The notes under the pieces were generated by a model. The model saw only the letters and a program-made list of their open reading frames with translations. It did no database searches and was not told the origin of the DNA. DNA of 60,134 nt, the filler included. It is 4 parts of 4 records of this genome, joined end to end, with 100 filler letters (N's around TTAATTAATTAA, not from the genome) between each part and the next. Parts side by side here need not be neighbours in the genome. Positions count along the whole stretch, not along the records: positions 46,829 to 52,198 come from DRR378314_838; positions 52,299 to 60,134 come from DRR378314_841; 2 more parts are not named here. One strand, given 5' to 3'. Shown here piece after piece: positions 50,201 to 60,134 of the stretch (the stretch's first letter is position 1; every line of letters starts with the position of its first letter). The position numbers and the translations under genes are program-made.

Positions 50201-51867
50201 AATAGCCATGATGTCACCGACGATAAGAAAACAACCATGGCCTTGAGCACGCACACGAAACGACACGGGATGCGGGCGCCGGTGCGTCGCGAAAAGTGAC
50301 GGCCCGGCGATCTCGCCCAGAAACCTACGTGTTGTTGCACGAAGCAACATTATCGCATTGATGGCATCTCAGCAATGCGTTCTTCTACCCATATTACGGG
50401 GATGAAAAAAAGGTGTACATGTTCAGCGGCAGAGCGCACAAAGGTAGGGGCATGTCGGGCCACACCCTGCCCTTGCACACTTGTGGAGCAAGAAACGAAC
50501 GGTTCTCCGTGAACACACGAACACAAGCATTCACACACGTAGGTGCGCAGCACTAACTTTGTACGCATTTGAAGCTCCACGCGCCTAGGCCTGTGTCTGT
50601 CAGCCGACACAACTTCATACCGCATCATAGCGTCTCGGTCTCAGTGCTCATGCGTTCATAAAAGATACGCCGGAGGCGTGCTGCGCTTCTGCGGTTTCAG
50701 GGCGCACCATATGCTGCGACGCACCTTGTACTCCTCGAGCAGCTCGCGGTACCGCTCCAGATTCACGCGTGCAGCCTCGGCCTCCTCTGGAGTGGCACGC
50801 TGCATGAAATCGGCATATTCCTTGAGCATCCTTTTGTAGTTTGTAAGACTGACTTTACCGTTATCTGCATTCTCTTCAATCCAGTTCTGGTCCACCCAGA
50901 AGCAGTAGCGGTGCGACATGGTATTCCATTTCACGAGGTATTCGCGCCCGCCGTCGACGTCGCGGTGGTCCATGATCGGACTAATCAGTTGCCGCTCGCC
51001 CGCACTGCTGCTGCTGTCGTCGTTGCTGCTACTCCCGTCCGAATGCTCGGACGAACAAAGCGCCTCATCCAATTCGCGTTCCATTTCCGCCAATTTCGAT
51101 GCGTCGAAGCGTGCGCGTCGTGCGCGCCCGGTTCGCCGCACAGGTGACGACGCGCCACTACCGTTGCCAGCGCTGGCAGGCTGCGGAGTTGTGTAACCAC
51201 CGTATTCTCTTTCGTTTCCCCACCCTCCATCGCTGTTCTCCTCAGCTTCTTCATCCGAGGCTGACTGTTCATCAGAACTATTCGAATCGGGGGATGTTGA
51301 TTCGGGCTTGGCATGCAGCTTGTAGTACATCATTGCGTCGGCGCGTATTCTTGCCAAGATTGCCTCGTCGATCGGCTCCTCCGCCTTGCGGCGCTGCACC
51401 GGGCGCTTCACCGGGCGCGGCGACGGCTCATCGTCCTCTTCCTCAGAAAGAGATCCGTGAGGCACGTAAGACTCATCGTCCACATCTTCATCGTCAAGGC
51501 AAAAGTCGCGCTGCGGCGATTCAGAATCCGGACCCTGGTAGCGGAGCAGTGACAGGGACGCAGCTGCAGCGGGCCCCAGAGGCTGCGGTGGCGCAGCCTC
51601 CTCGTCTCGCGCACCGTCGCTCGCGAGCGGCGTCCGCGGGTACGAGTACCCTCGGCGAGACATTGCGGCGCCCTGCAGTGCCATACGATTTTGCGTCTCC
51701 AAGTAACGCGAAGTAGGCAGTGATTTCAGTCGCATTGGCTCTCTTTCCAGCGCAGGCTGCACAGTGAGCGCGTCGCCTGCTCCAGCCGCGCCAGTTCCAG
51801 GTTTCTTGTGCTCGTACATGGGTGGCAGCGGTGCGCGCGCAGCGCCGCCGCTCTCTTCTGCGTCCAT
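47300..51867 (-). CDS. CHD1: Eukaryotic CHD1-like chromodomain-helicase remodeler, spliced. Exons 51867-50725, 50106-48601, 48174-47812 and 47432-about 47300; 3' end unresolved
   Basis: Two chromodomains (EYLVKWNTMSHRYCFW and EYLIKWKSLPYRYCAW) and SNF2 motifs ILADEMGLGKT, IDEAHRLKN, LTGTPIQN, STRAGGLGINL and DSDWNPQNDIQ|AMARCHRIGQ. The exons join in frame across GT-AG introns at 50724-50107, 48600-48175 and 47811-47433. Confidence 0.85.
50130..50147. repeat. (AG)n microsatellite forming the polypyrimidine tract of CHD intron 1
   Basis: About nine AG units, roughly 20 nt from the acceptor at 50107. Confidence 0.7.
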
Positions 51868-52198
51868 CGTCTACCTGCTCGGCAACGCAAGGGAGATATA
51901 TTTACACAGACACGCATACATGATGTGAGAATTTCATAAGCTCTTGCGGCGCATACAGGAACGAAAATTCCACAGAAATGCTCGCGGCCTCAAAATCGCG
52001 GTGCCAGCGACGCGCACGTGAGAGAGGTACGAACCCGCCCACGCGCGCAGCCGCGGCGCACGGCCAACAGCAAAGAGCACACTTGCCAGCAGCCCGCTGC
52101 ACGGAAGCCACCTCCCTGCACCCCGAATCTGCGAGGCATTTCATACTGACGCAACAAAAAAGGAAACGTGATTTATGTTCAAGGTTGCGTTTCAGTGG

Positions 52199-52298
52199 NN
52201 NNNNNNNNNNNNNNNNNNNNNNNNNNNNNNNNNNNNNNNNNNTTAATTAATTAANNNNNNNNNNNNNNNNNNNNNNNNNNNNNNNNNNNNNNNNNNNN
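52199..52298. other. Artificial contig spacer
   Basis: Same N44-TTAATTAATTAA-N44 linker. Confidence 0.98.
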
Positions 52299-53094
52299 TC
52301 CCACAGCGCTTCCCCTTTCCAGCAGCTCTGGCGTAAAGCCTATCGCATTTCTTTGCAAGTGTCAGCGTAGCTTCCTTTCTCAACGAGGATTGCGGTACAA
52401 CCGCAGCTACTAGCTCCTGGTTCTTGCTGTGTACGGAAAGCGCCGCCACAGCGGGACAGCGAGGCTACTTGCCATATGTGGACTTTGCCACGTGCGCACT
52501 TGCCAGGTGCAGGTAGCTACTTCCGGCTCCGATAGTCTGCGTTGCGGAGGAAAACGCCAGCCGTTGCATACAGAAGATGATCTACCTTACCACGTACAAG
52601 AGCACAGTGTCTAGGATTTGCGCTCCAACTTCCTCCCTCCCATCCATTGGCTCATGAGCGGCTAAACCGTCCGTTCGCACAGAGCTGTCCCGTGCCACCA
52701 CGTTACCGGGGTTAGCAAGAACAGGCAGGTTCCGAAATATACAGGCTCATTACCCCACATATTCCCCCGCCCTGCACCTCGCATTCTATACATCTATGTT
52801 TCCTTCCCGAATACAGGATCAATGCACCTTCCGGGGCGCGCATTACACCGACCAGCGGAGCCTGTGTTGAGTTCCCGTGCGATACACGTCCTGTCCTTTT
52901 GCGGTGGGCGCGCAGGGCCAAAGCGAGTGACACGTATTGGTGCTGTGCTCGGAACATAGTTGGCAATGGGGTTGGGGATATCTCACACTGCCGCATCTGG
53001 TTGCAGATGACGTGCTCGGCGTGCTGGTCGAGCGTTATTCGTCCGTCTGCGTTACAGCACGGAGGCTTTTCGTTGCGCATCCGGCTTTGGGAAG

Positions 53095-54772
53095 ATGGCT
53101 GCAACGTTGACAGCAATCACATACATATCAGGGTACCTGGTGCTCTTATTCTTGGCCCTCTGTCTTGGTGCGTTTCCGTTGCAACAGGTCGAACGCCACG
53201 TCGCTTCAGAGTTTGCTCCGCCCAAGCTCTAGCTCCTTAGCTGCTGCTCGCGTTTTTCTGCCGTCAGCGCACACCAATATGTTGCGCCTCTCCTTCCAAC
53301 GTCATCGCAACCGGGGATGGAGAAAGGGAGAATTTCGTTCAATATAATCATTGCAGTTTTGCCGGGAAGCTCGTATCCAGAGCATAGAAGGTGGAGCCAA
53401 GCAGGGAAGGTTCACGACTGTGCGTGCGGCGTATCGCTCTGGCAGAGAAGACGTTTCTGTGCAAGGACCTGAGGGAGTTTTTGCGTTTCGCGTGGCAGCC
53501 GCTTTTGCGCCACGGCCAAAGCGAAGTTTCTTACTTTGCTTCATCCGGTTTTCATAGTCATGGAGTCTTGTTGCTCTGGTCGATGGTGTATGAGAAGAAG
53601 AGTAGGGTCAATGGGAATCTCGCGGGGCACTGCCGTTCCAGCCGGACAGCGCGCGCTGTGGCGTAGAGCGGTTGCGAAAAATCCACCGCGTCGTGGTTTT
53701 CGCGTGCACCAACTCAGTAGGCCGCACTTTCCGCGTTTCAATCAGCCGAGGTGGAATGCCGTATCGCGAAGAAATTGCGTTTAGTAAAACTCTCGCTGCT
53801 GTGAGTACGCGGTAGATGAAATCTCGCACTGCTCATCAAATTGGCTTTGCTTTGCGCTGCTTTCCCCCCTTCCCGTTCGCGCTATGCGTGAGGCGGTGCA
53901 GCGTCAGGGCTGTACTACTTGGCCGAGTTGGCGGAGGAATACACCATCTTGACACGGCGGATACTTGGATACTCCATATGGGTACGCGAATACTGGTTCC
54001 GGTGCCCATGTGACGCGCGTATTGCATGCTCCTGGATTTTGCCCGAATGCACTTGAGTCGACGCAGCAGCCTGTTTTGTGGTGACGTGTATGTTGCCAGA
54101 ATGTCGAGCTCGCATACGGTCTCAGGAAGCGACTGTGCTGCACCGTGCACCTGCGCTACATTTCACCTCTGCTTTGGCTGTGCAGGCAATCGGCGTCCTT
54201 CACATTATCCTGGCGATTTTCGAAGGGTTTTCAGTTGCAGCAAGCCTTCTGTCTCTCCTTACCCTCGTTGCGTATTGGCAGCTTTTGGGAACATTTCCCT
54301 TTGTCTCTGTGGGGGATCTCAAGTTTATCCTTGCCATTGGTGCGTTGTGTATGCGAGGACACCTGCTCGTCAACGTGCCGCGTACGCGCCTTGCGATTCC
54401 GCGCCGCTTTCCGCTTGTCTGTTGTGTGATAGACGCAATTTATTTGTCATGACTCCGTACGTTTTTTGCACTTACGTTGGTCGCAATAGGGAGCGCTGTG
54501 ACGGGGAGATGTTGACAAAGGGAAAGTCGAGCAGCGCGGCTAACAGTATTTCGCGCTGCCCCTGTGTCGCTCCCCGGACTGGAACGCGCCATGCGCGCGT
54601 GCAGTGCTGTTTCTCGCGGAAAATACCGTGTGGGTTCTTACGCTTCGTTCCGCCAAAGCACGTCTCGTTGAAGTCTTGGCGTTCTTTGCTCTGTTAGTTT
54701 GGAGCGTCCCGCTGGGGCTGTTTGTATCGCTGACGTTCGACGATGCGGTGCTGCCGTCGACAGGCGGCCAAC
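53095..54772 (+). CDS. TEX261: TEX261/Svp26 (Erv26) ER-Golgi cargo adaptor, spliced. Exons 53095-53167, 53902-53981, 54186-54339 and 54605-54772; last exon unresolved
   Basis: The spliced product reads MAATLTAITYISGYLVLLFLALCLASGLYYLAELAEEYTILTRRILGYSIWAIGVLHII...LLGTFPFVS...EVLAFFALLVWSVPLGLFVSLTFDDAVLPS. This contains the family motifs GLYYLAELxEEYT, FPF and WxxPxxxFVSL. All junctions are GT-AG and phase-consistent. Confidence 0.85.
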
Positions 54773-56032
54773 GTACGTTGTTGCGCTGTCGCGTCGTCCC
54801 CTTGGCCATCAAATTCTTACAGTGTGTACAAATGTTGGAATTCGAAGGTGCACGACCACCTGACCCGGGAATGTGGTATCACACTAGCAGTTCCACTGTA
54901 GCCGCTACTGGGTTGATTTTTGGACGGCCCGGCCATCACGACGATAGCTCAACTACAGGCGAGTCTTGCGAGTAGCGAGGGCTTCCAGTGCTCTCTGCAA
55001 GTGCAATCCAACTGCTTCGTCGGTGCCGTTGTTGCCGCACCAGAGATTAGGTAGATAGAAGCGATTGCATTGATCGGCATTTTCTTGCAGATAGCTTTCG
55101 ATCGCCTTGAACAGAGCTGTTCAGAGGCCCCATCCAGTTCCATCTCCTGAGGATGTGCGTGTGTCCGCAGTGTCCTGTGAATCTCTACTAGCGCGCGGCG
55201 AGCACGCTTCCTCCGCCTACTTTTTCTTGCCAAATCTGGTGGAAATTGGCGCGATGTTCCGGTATTTTTCGATACCTAGTCTTGTGGTTGCAAAGGATTG
55301 TGTGCGAGGCTTCGTTCTTTTCGATTGCTCCCATCCCTCCTCCTCGGCCTCGCACGGCTTGAGCAGTGGTTCCACGAGGCCCCGTGCGCTCGAGCTCCAA
55401 CGTCGAGTTCGTGACGCTGCGCACTCCAGGTCGCTGCCGGGACCACTGCGAGGCCCGAACACTGCGCGCTACTTCATATTCAGCTATGTGCCTTTTCACG
55501 AATGACAATTGCGCAACGTACCTGCATGCAGCGAGGAAATCCAAGCCGTCGACGCTGAAGTCTATTCTGTCTTGGGCACAGTCGTCGGTTGCGCCGAGAA
55601 GGGAAGACCACAAGTTGTTTTAACATTATAGGATGCAGCTCGCACCTTAGTTCTAAGGAGCCGAGGAGAATCCGACCCCCCCTGATTTTTGTTACTCCAC
55701 AAATGGACTGCGTTTATTTTCATCCCGATTGTGTGTCGCGCACAAGGAACGAAACATCTGCGCGAGCGCTGCCGCGTGGACGGGAACATCGAACAACACC
55801 AAAGCGGCTCGCGCAGCACAGGATACGCCTCTCGCTTGCACCATGACAGATCGTTGCGAGGCTTTCACTTACATACATGGCGAGTTATAGATCACAGAAA
55901 CGTGGTCATGCGATGCTATTGATTTTCCAACATCGCAATACCCGCAGCATTACAAGAGCACTTGCCGCTGATCGGCTCCCACGCTACTGTCAATGAAGCA
56001 GCTGCGGCAACTTGAGCGAACGGGGGGAGCAA

Positions 56033-57308
56033 CTAAGCTGCGCTCTTTGAAGTTGCGACCACACAAACCTGCACGCATTCCCAGTGGGATCATCACCGGC
56101 AAAGAGAGAAAAAGAGACACAAGCACACATCGAAAGCAGTATTGAGAAAGCGTCCTGATGCAGAGTACATGCTTGTCGCATTAGGCAGTGCATTGAAGCA
56201 ACGCAGATGAACGAGCGGCGCGAAGGCCCCTTGCGCGTCGCCAAGCAGCGCAGCCCGGCGTGCTGGGGAACGGATGCGCGCGCACACGCTCACAATGAAG
56301 CGACGCAATACGTGTACAAAAAAGACTTTCATGTGATTTCCTATAGCAATAGAATGTAAAGAAGAAAATGCAATAGGCATGCGTCTCACAATGCCACAGA
56401 GGAGGTTCTTCGCCGTGGGAGAGTCGAACGAGCTTGACAAACGCAGGTGCGATGGACAGCGCAGGAGCGCGTCAGCTCCCGTGTCAGCACTGCGGCGACG
56501 TTCCTGCCACACCGGCCCTCAACTTCCTCGAACAGGCGTACCTTGGGGGTGTTATCAATCATTTGGATAGAAATAGTAACATTGCGATCGGCGAATGAGA
56601 CGGTAGTCCGGCGGAAGGCGCCTGCATCGCCGGCAGCTCTACGGGCGTCCTGCAAAATGCGTACGGCGGCTGCGGCTGCCTCGTTGCCCTTGGCCTCGTC
56701 GGCGTACGCGCCGCCACGCGCGAGGACCTCGGCCTCTTCCGAGCACACGAGGTACCCCATTTGATTGTTTACTCCCGCAAGACTCTGTACAAGTCCATCC
56801 TGTAACCAGGAGTACGGTGGAACAGCAACGCCACGCCGATCAGATCGCGCTGGACGAGGCGAGAGCGAGCGAAGCGTACGCCGCACCACTGCCCCTCACG
56901 CTGTGCGCGCGCAGTGCAGGCCACGCGCGTACGGACTGCGAAAGAGACAGCACAGCCACGACAACCCGCCTCCTTACCCTCCACAGCAGCAGAAAAGGGA
57001 GAGTAAGAGACACGAAATGAATGAAGCCCATTCAGTGCGAAGCGAAAAGAAAGGGAGCATGCACAAGAAAGGCCAGGACGACACAAGCAGCGTGTTGTCG
57101 CAAAAGGTGTTCAACCATCCACGCGCAGGCGAACTGGAACCTCTCCCACTTTCTCTTTCGCACTTCTTCCAGCGTTCGCCAAGATCTCACTGCGCCACCA
57201 ACTGCACCCGGCCATGCATCGCATGGAACGGATACTTCACAGTGTTCGTTATCAAAGTCACCCGCTCCTCGGAAACAGCCACTCACACGAAAGCTCGACA
57301 CGCACCAT
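56033..57308 (-). CDS. LAMTOR4: Ragulator subunit LAMTOR4-like protein, spliced. Probable ATG-only exon 57308-57306, then 56799-56542 and 56068-56033
   Basis: The product M-DGLVQSLAGVNNQMGYLVCSEEAEVLARGG...FRRTTVSFADRNVTISIQMIDNTPK|VCVVATSKSAA (98 aa) matches LAMTOR4 hallmarks (QxGYLV, VLAxxG, FxRxxVxF). The first exon is tentative. Confidence 0.7.
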
Positions 57309-57795
57309 ATCTGCAAGTGCGTGGGCGTTTGCGTGAAACAACTACACAGTGCCGAGGCGCTGCGACTGCGGGTGAGAGCAGTAGAAGAGTTCCAAACTTA
57401 TACCGCATTTGCACCTGCAACCTAATCTGATGATATGCAGGAAGTGCCTCTGTTTAGTTGAAAAAATTCCCTCGCAGCTCAAATTTCCGCGTGAGCAGCT
57501 GCGAACTGCGCCGCATGCAAGGCCATTCGAACCTTTTCGTTCTTGCGGAAGGAAAAATGCAGATTACCATGTCATACATTATCCGCATAGTTGAATCTAC
57601 GGGGCGCGCGAGGGCAGCTGAACTATACGCGCAGGTGCGACGCCCAAGCAAGTCCGCAACGAAGCGCGGCGTGCGCGATCCCTGGTCCGCTTAGCAGCGG
57701 TTCTCTACACTCGAACAAACTCAACATCCCCTGCTTCCGCACGGCCATGCAAAGAGTTAACGAGGCGAACCGGCACCACAGCAGGATGCGGTCCC

Positions 57796-59344
57796 TTATG
57801 GACGCTTCTCAAAAGGCGTCGTATCTCGGTAGCACGTCGCGAAAACCTGCAGCGATCCAAGGTACAACAGTCGAAGCAGCAGCTTAGGCTTTCGATCTGT
57901 TGGTGCAACTCCTTCGAATCCACATCGTACGATCAACGCAGCGATTTATCCGGGCTTCGCGCAGCCGCGGAGAGACGGGAAAACTCAAAAAATGATACCC
58001 GATTTTTTTCTTGCACAAGCTTCTCGCATACCTTGTCGATCAATTCTTCAACGTCGGTCTCCGCGCATACCGGATTCATCTTGCATGAAAGCGCGGCTCG
58101 TCGCTTCACACACGCTTGGTGTTGCTGCCGAAACGAGAAATTCCCGCGGTCAAACTCGCTCCGCCAGTCGCATTCGCCGCTCAGTGAAGAAGCCCGAATT
58201 TCAGTGCATGCCTGTTTAATCAGACAAAGTTTCACGGATATTATTGCGGCAATCTCACAAAGTGGCGCGGGCGGCGGTGCCTGGGGAACTGGAGCTGCTG
58301 CGCGATAGCAGCGTCGCGCGTCTTATACCCGCAGCGCAAGCACGTCCTGCAGCATCAGCCGCAGAACTGACAGCACGACGTTCGTACGAAAACCAAGGAA
58401 CGCACCAGATGCTCGCATTTTGTCAAATCAATTTTGAAGTGACATCGGTCAAACGCATGGATGAGTTCGTGAGTGACAGACTGGTCCACCATACGCTGGG
58501 AAAGTGGCTGCAAGAAACGAACGTCGCGTTGTCCGGTGTGCGCCCCGACGTCTGTTAGCCACCCGCGCAGCAAATCATACGCGCACTAAGCGCGCGTGCA
58601 CGCACGCACGTGCTCATCCAATGCGAAGTTTTACATTTGGTATACAACGGACGTACTTTATCTTCGCAGACAACAACGCGCGTGTCTTGCTCGCGCACTT
58701 GGAATCCAGCCCCCGCTGCAACGCCGCCACACGGCTCGCACTGGAAGTATCGCTCGTCGACTGCCGTGCAACCGGAACGGTGCAGCGCCTCGATCATAAA
58801 CCGCACCATAGGCGCTAGAGCATTCGGTGCGCACGAGAATACACGGCGAGAAAATGATTGATAAGACACAAGGATGTCCAAATGCACAAATGTTCTACGT
58901 GCGTAGAGCATATCAGAGGGCCGATATGCGAAAGTCCGGTCCGCTTGCAACACGTCAGCCGCGCTGAAGTTCTCGAGTGGTGCGCAGGGCACCACAGCGG
59001 TAGCAGCTTCCGAGTGCGTACGCGCGCGCGGAGTCCCAGTTGCAATTGGTGGAAAGTTACAGCCTGTGCACCAGCTAAACATCCATCAACAGTATCTCCG
59101 ACTATAACTGAAAGGATAATAGTTCCACAGTTTGGTAAGCGCGAACTTCCGCCTGCTACGAGGAAGACCGACCGGCGACACGCAGACTCGCAACCCTTTC
59201 GCGACGCCCACGCCGCAGCCTCGAGCACAGCGCAGTCTCTCAACGAAAACGGGAGCGCGCAGGAAACGCACTTTTCAGAGCCTTGGCGACTGATTCACAA
59301 CAGCGATCATGTTGCTCTTTTCGATTTGCCTTTGATTCTGCCAT
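57796..59344 (-). CDS. ATP23: Mitochondrial inner-membrane metalloprotease ATP23, spliced. Exons 59344-59272, 58814-58657, 58507-58406, 58211-58032 and 57846-57796 (187 aa)
   Basis: PMVRFMIEAL..SGC, THELIHAFD (HExxH), CEHL|ACTEIRASSLSGEC, CVKRRAALS and VFATCYRDTTPF; four phase-consistent GT-AG introns. Confidence 0.92.
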
Positions 59345-60134
59345 CGACACGTAAGGGAAATTCTCCTCGCGCAAGCGCAACCTCTGCTCACACAACCTTG
59401 GATTGCACGCAGCACCACACTCGTGCGCCTTTCCGCAGTCGCTCGCGCAGGGAGCGCTGCCTGACTCCAGAACCACAACCCAGCAGCGCCTGTTCCTCTC
59501 AGTTCCCGACGCAGGCTTTGCCACAGAGAATCTTGCGATATTACAAAGAATCTCGTGCCAGGAGCTGGTTCCTTTTCCAAAGTACGCGCCAGGCACAGCG
59601 CAAGATTTTCGTTTCGTAAGAGCGATGCTGTGCTGCTCGCAACGCTACCAGCACGGCTTGCAATGCACCGGTAAAATAGCAGACCCTTAAGGGAAACATA
59701 TTCTGTCAATCGCGAAACATAGGAAGCCAAGCTCGGCAAGGAGCGGAGGGCGATTTCTTAGGTTTCTGCATCAGAACAGGTCGAACCGCCCTTCTTCTGA
59801 TTTACGCACCCGGTGCACTTTCAACAGTATTTCAGGTTGCATGCAAATTCCGGCGACCTGTGGCTCTGGGACCAGCACAGCGACCCTGCGAGGGCGCGAA
59901 GGCTCCAACGTGGCGGCCTCGGCGTGAATGATTTACAGACCCTTAAGCGATGACACACTTGGTGTGCCCGCCTTCCCGTGCACGCGCGCGCGCGCCGCAG
60001 AGCGCGCGAGCGAGACCCTACCGCGGAGCAAGGAAGGCGGTGTTACACTGCTGCTCCACTGCGCCGCCTTTTCTGTCCGCTGTCGCGCCAGGAGAGCGCT
60101 TCGTTCGCGCAGCGCCCCGCGCGTGGGCAGACTC

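Noticed and set aside
52299-53094. Short ORFs upstream of TEX261, plus many 60-250-aa ORFs in 54773-56032 and 59345-60134
   Set aside because: No recognisable domains or consistent exon chains; probably UTR, intron or intergenic sequence, though a missed exon cannot be excluded.
46829-60134. Horizontal transfer of eukaryotic genes into a bacterium
   Set aside because: The genes have spliceosomal introns and sit on separate contigs behind artificial linkers.
1-60134. CRISPR arrays, tRNA/rRNA genes, transposases, prophage or defence genes
   Set aside because: None recognised by eye; a covariance-model scan would be needed to exclude small RNAs.

Overview
The window joins four contigs with identical 100-nt spacers (N44-TTAATTAATTAA-N44 at 21463-21562, 46729-46828 and 52199-52298), and the contigs come from at least three organisms. 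(1) 1-21462 is a Roseobacter-group alphaproteobacterium. It carries a form-II-type coxS/coxL molybdo-hydroxylase cluster with XdhC, bolA/grxD, zapA, tkt, two tandem gap paralogues, coaD, a valine-catabolism operon with a divergent LysR gene, MmgE/PrpD and a partial uvrA. (2) 21563-46728 is a high-GC gammaproteobacterium resembling Alcanivorax (inferred from gene content only). It carries an expanded TRAP-like transport locus (a TatT-like lipoprotein, three DctP-like binding proteins, two fused permeases, an acyl-CoA synthetase and an ABC1/UbiB kinase), followed by the conserved yciK-mupP-ubiG-mtaD / gyrA-serC-pheA-hisC-tyrA::aroA-cmk-rpsA block. (3) 46829-52198 and (4) 52299-60134 are an intron-rich eukaryote. 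I reconstructed spliced genes by hand for a CHD1-like remodeler, TEX261/Svp26, LAMTOR4 and ATP23. The best candidate for an under-described system is the locus at 21563-32937. It looks like a TPAT-type import route for hydrophobic compounds, coupled to acyl-CoA activation, and its leaders carry Hfq/Crc-type AAnAAnAA motifs. All family assignments come from motif recognition; no database searches were run.
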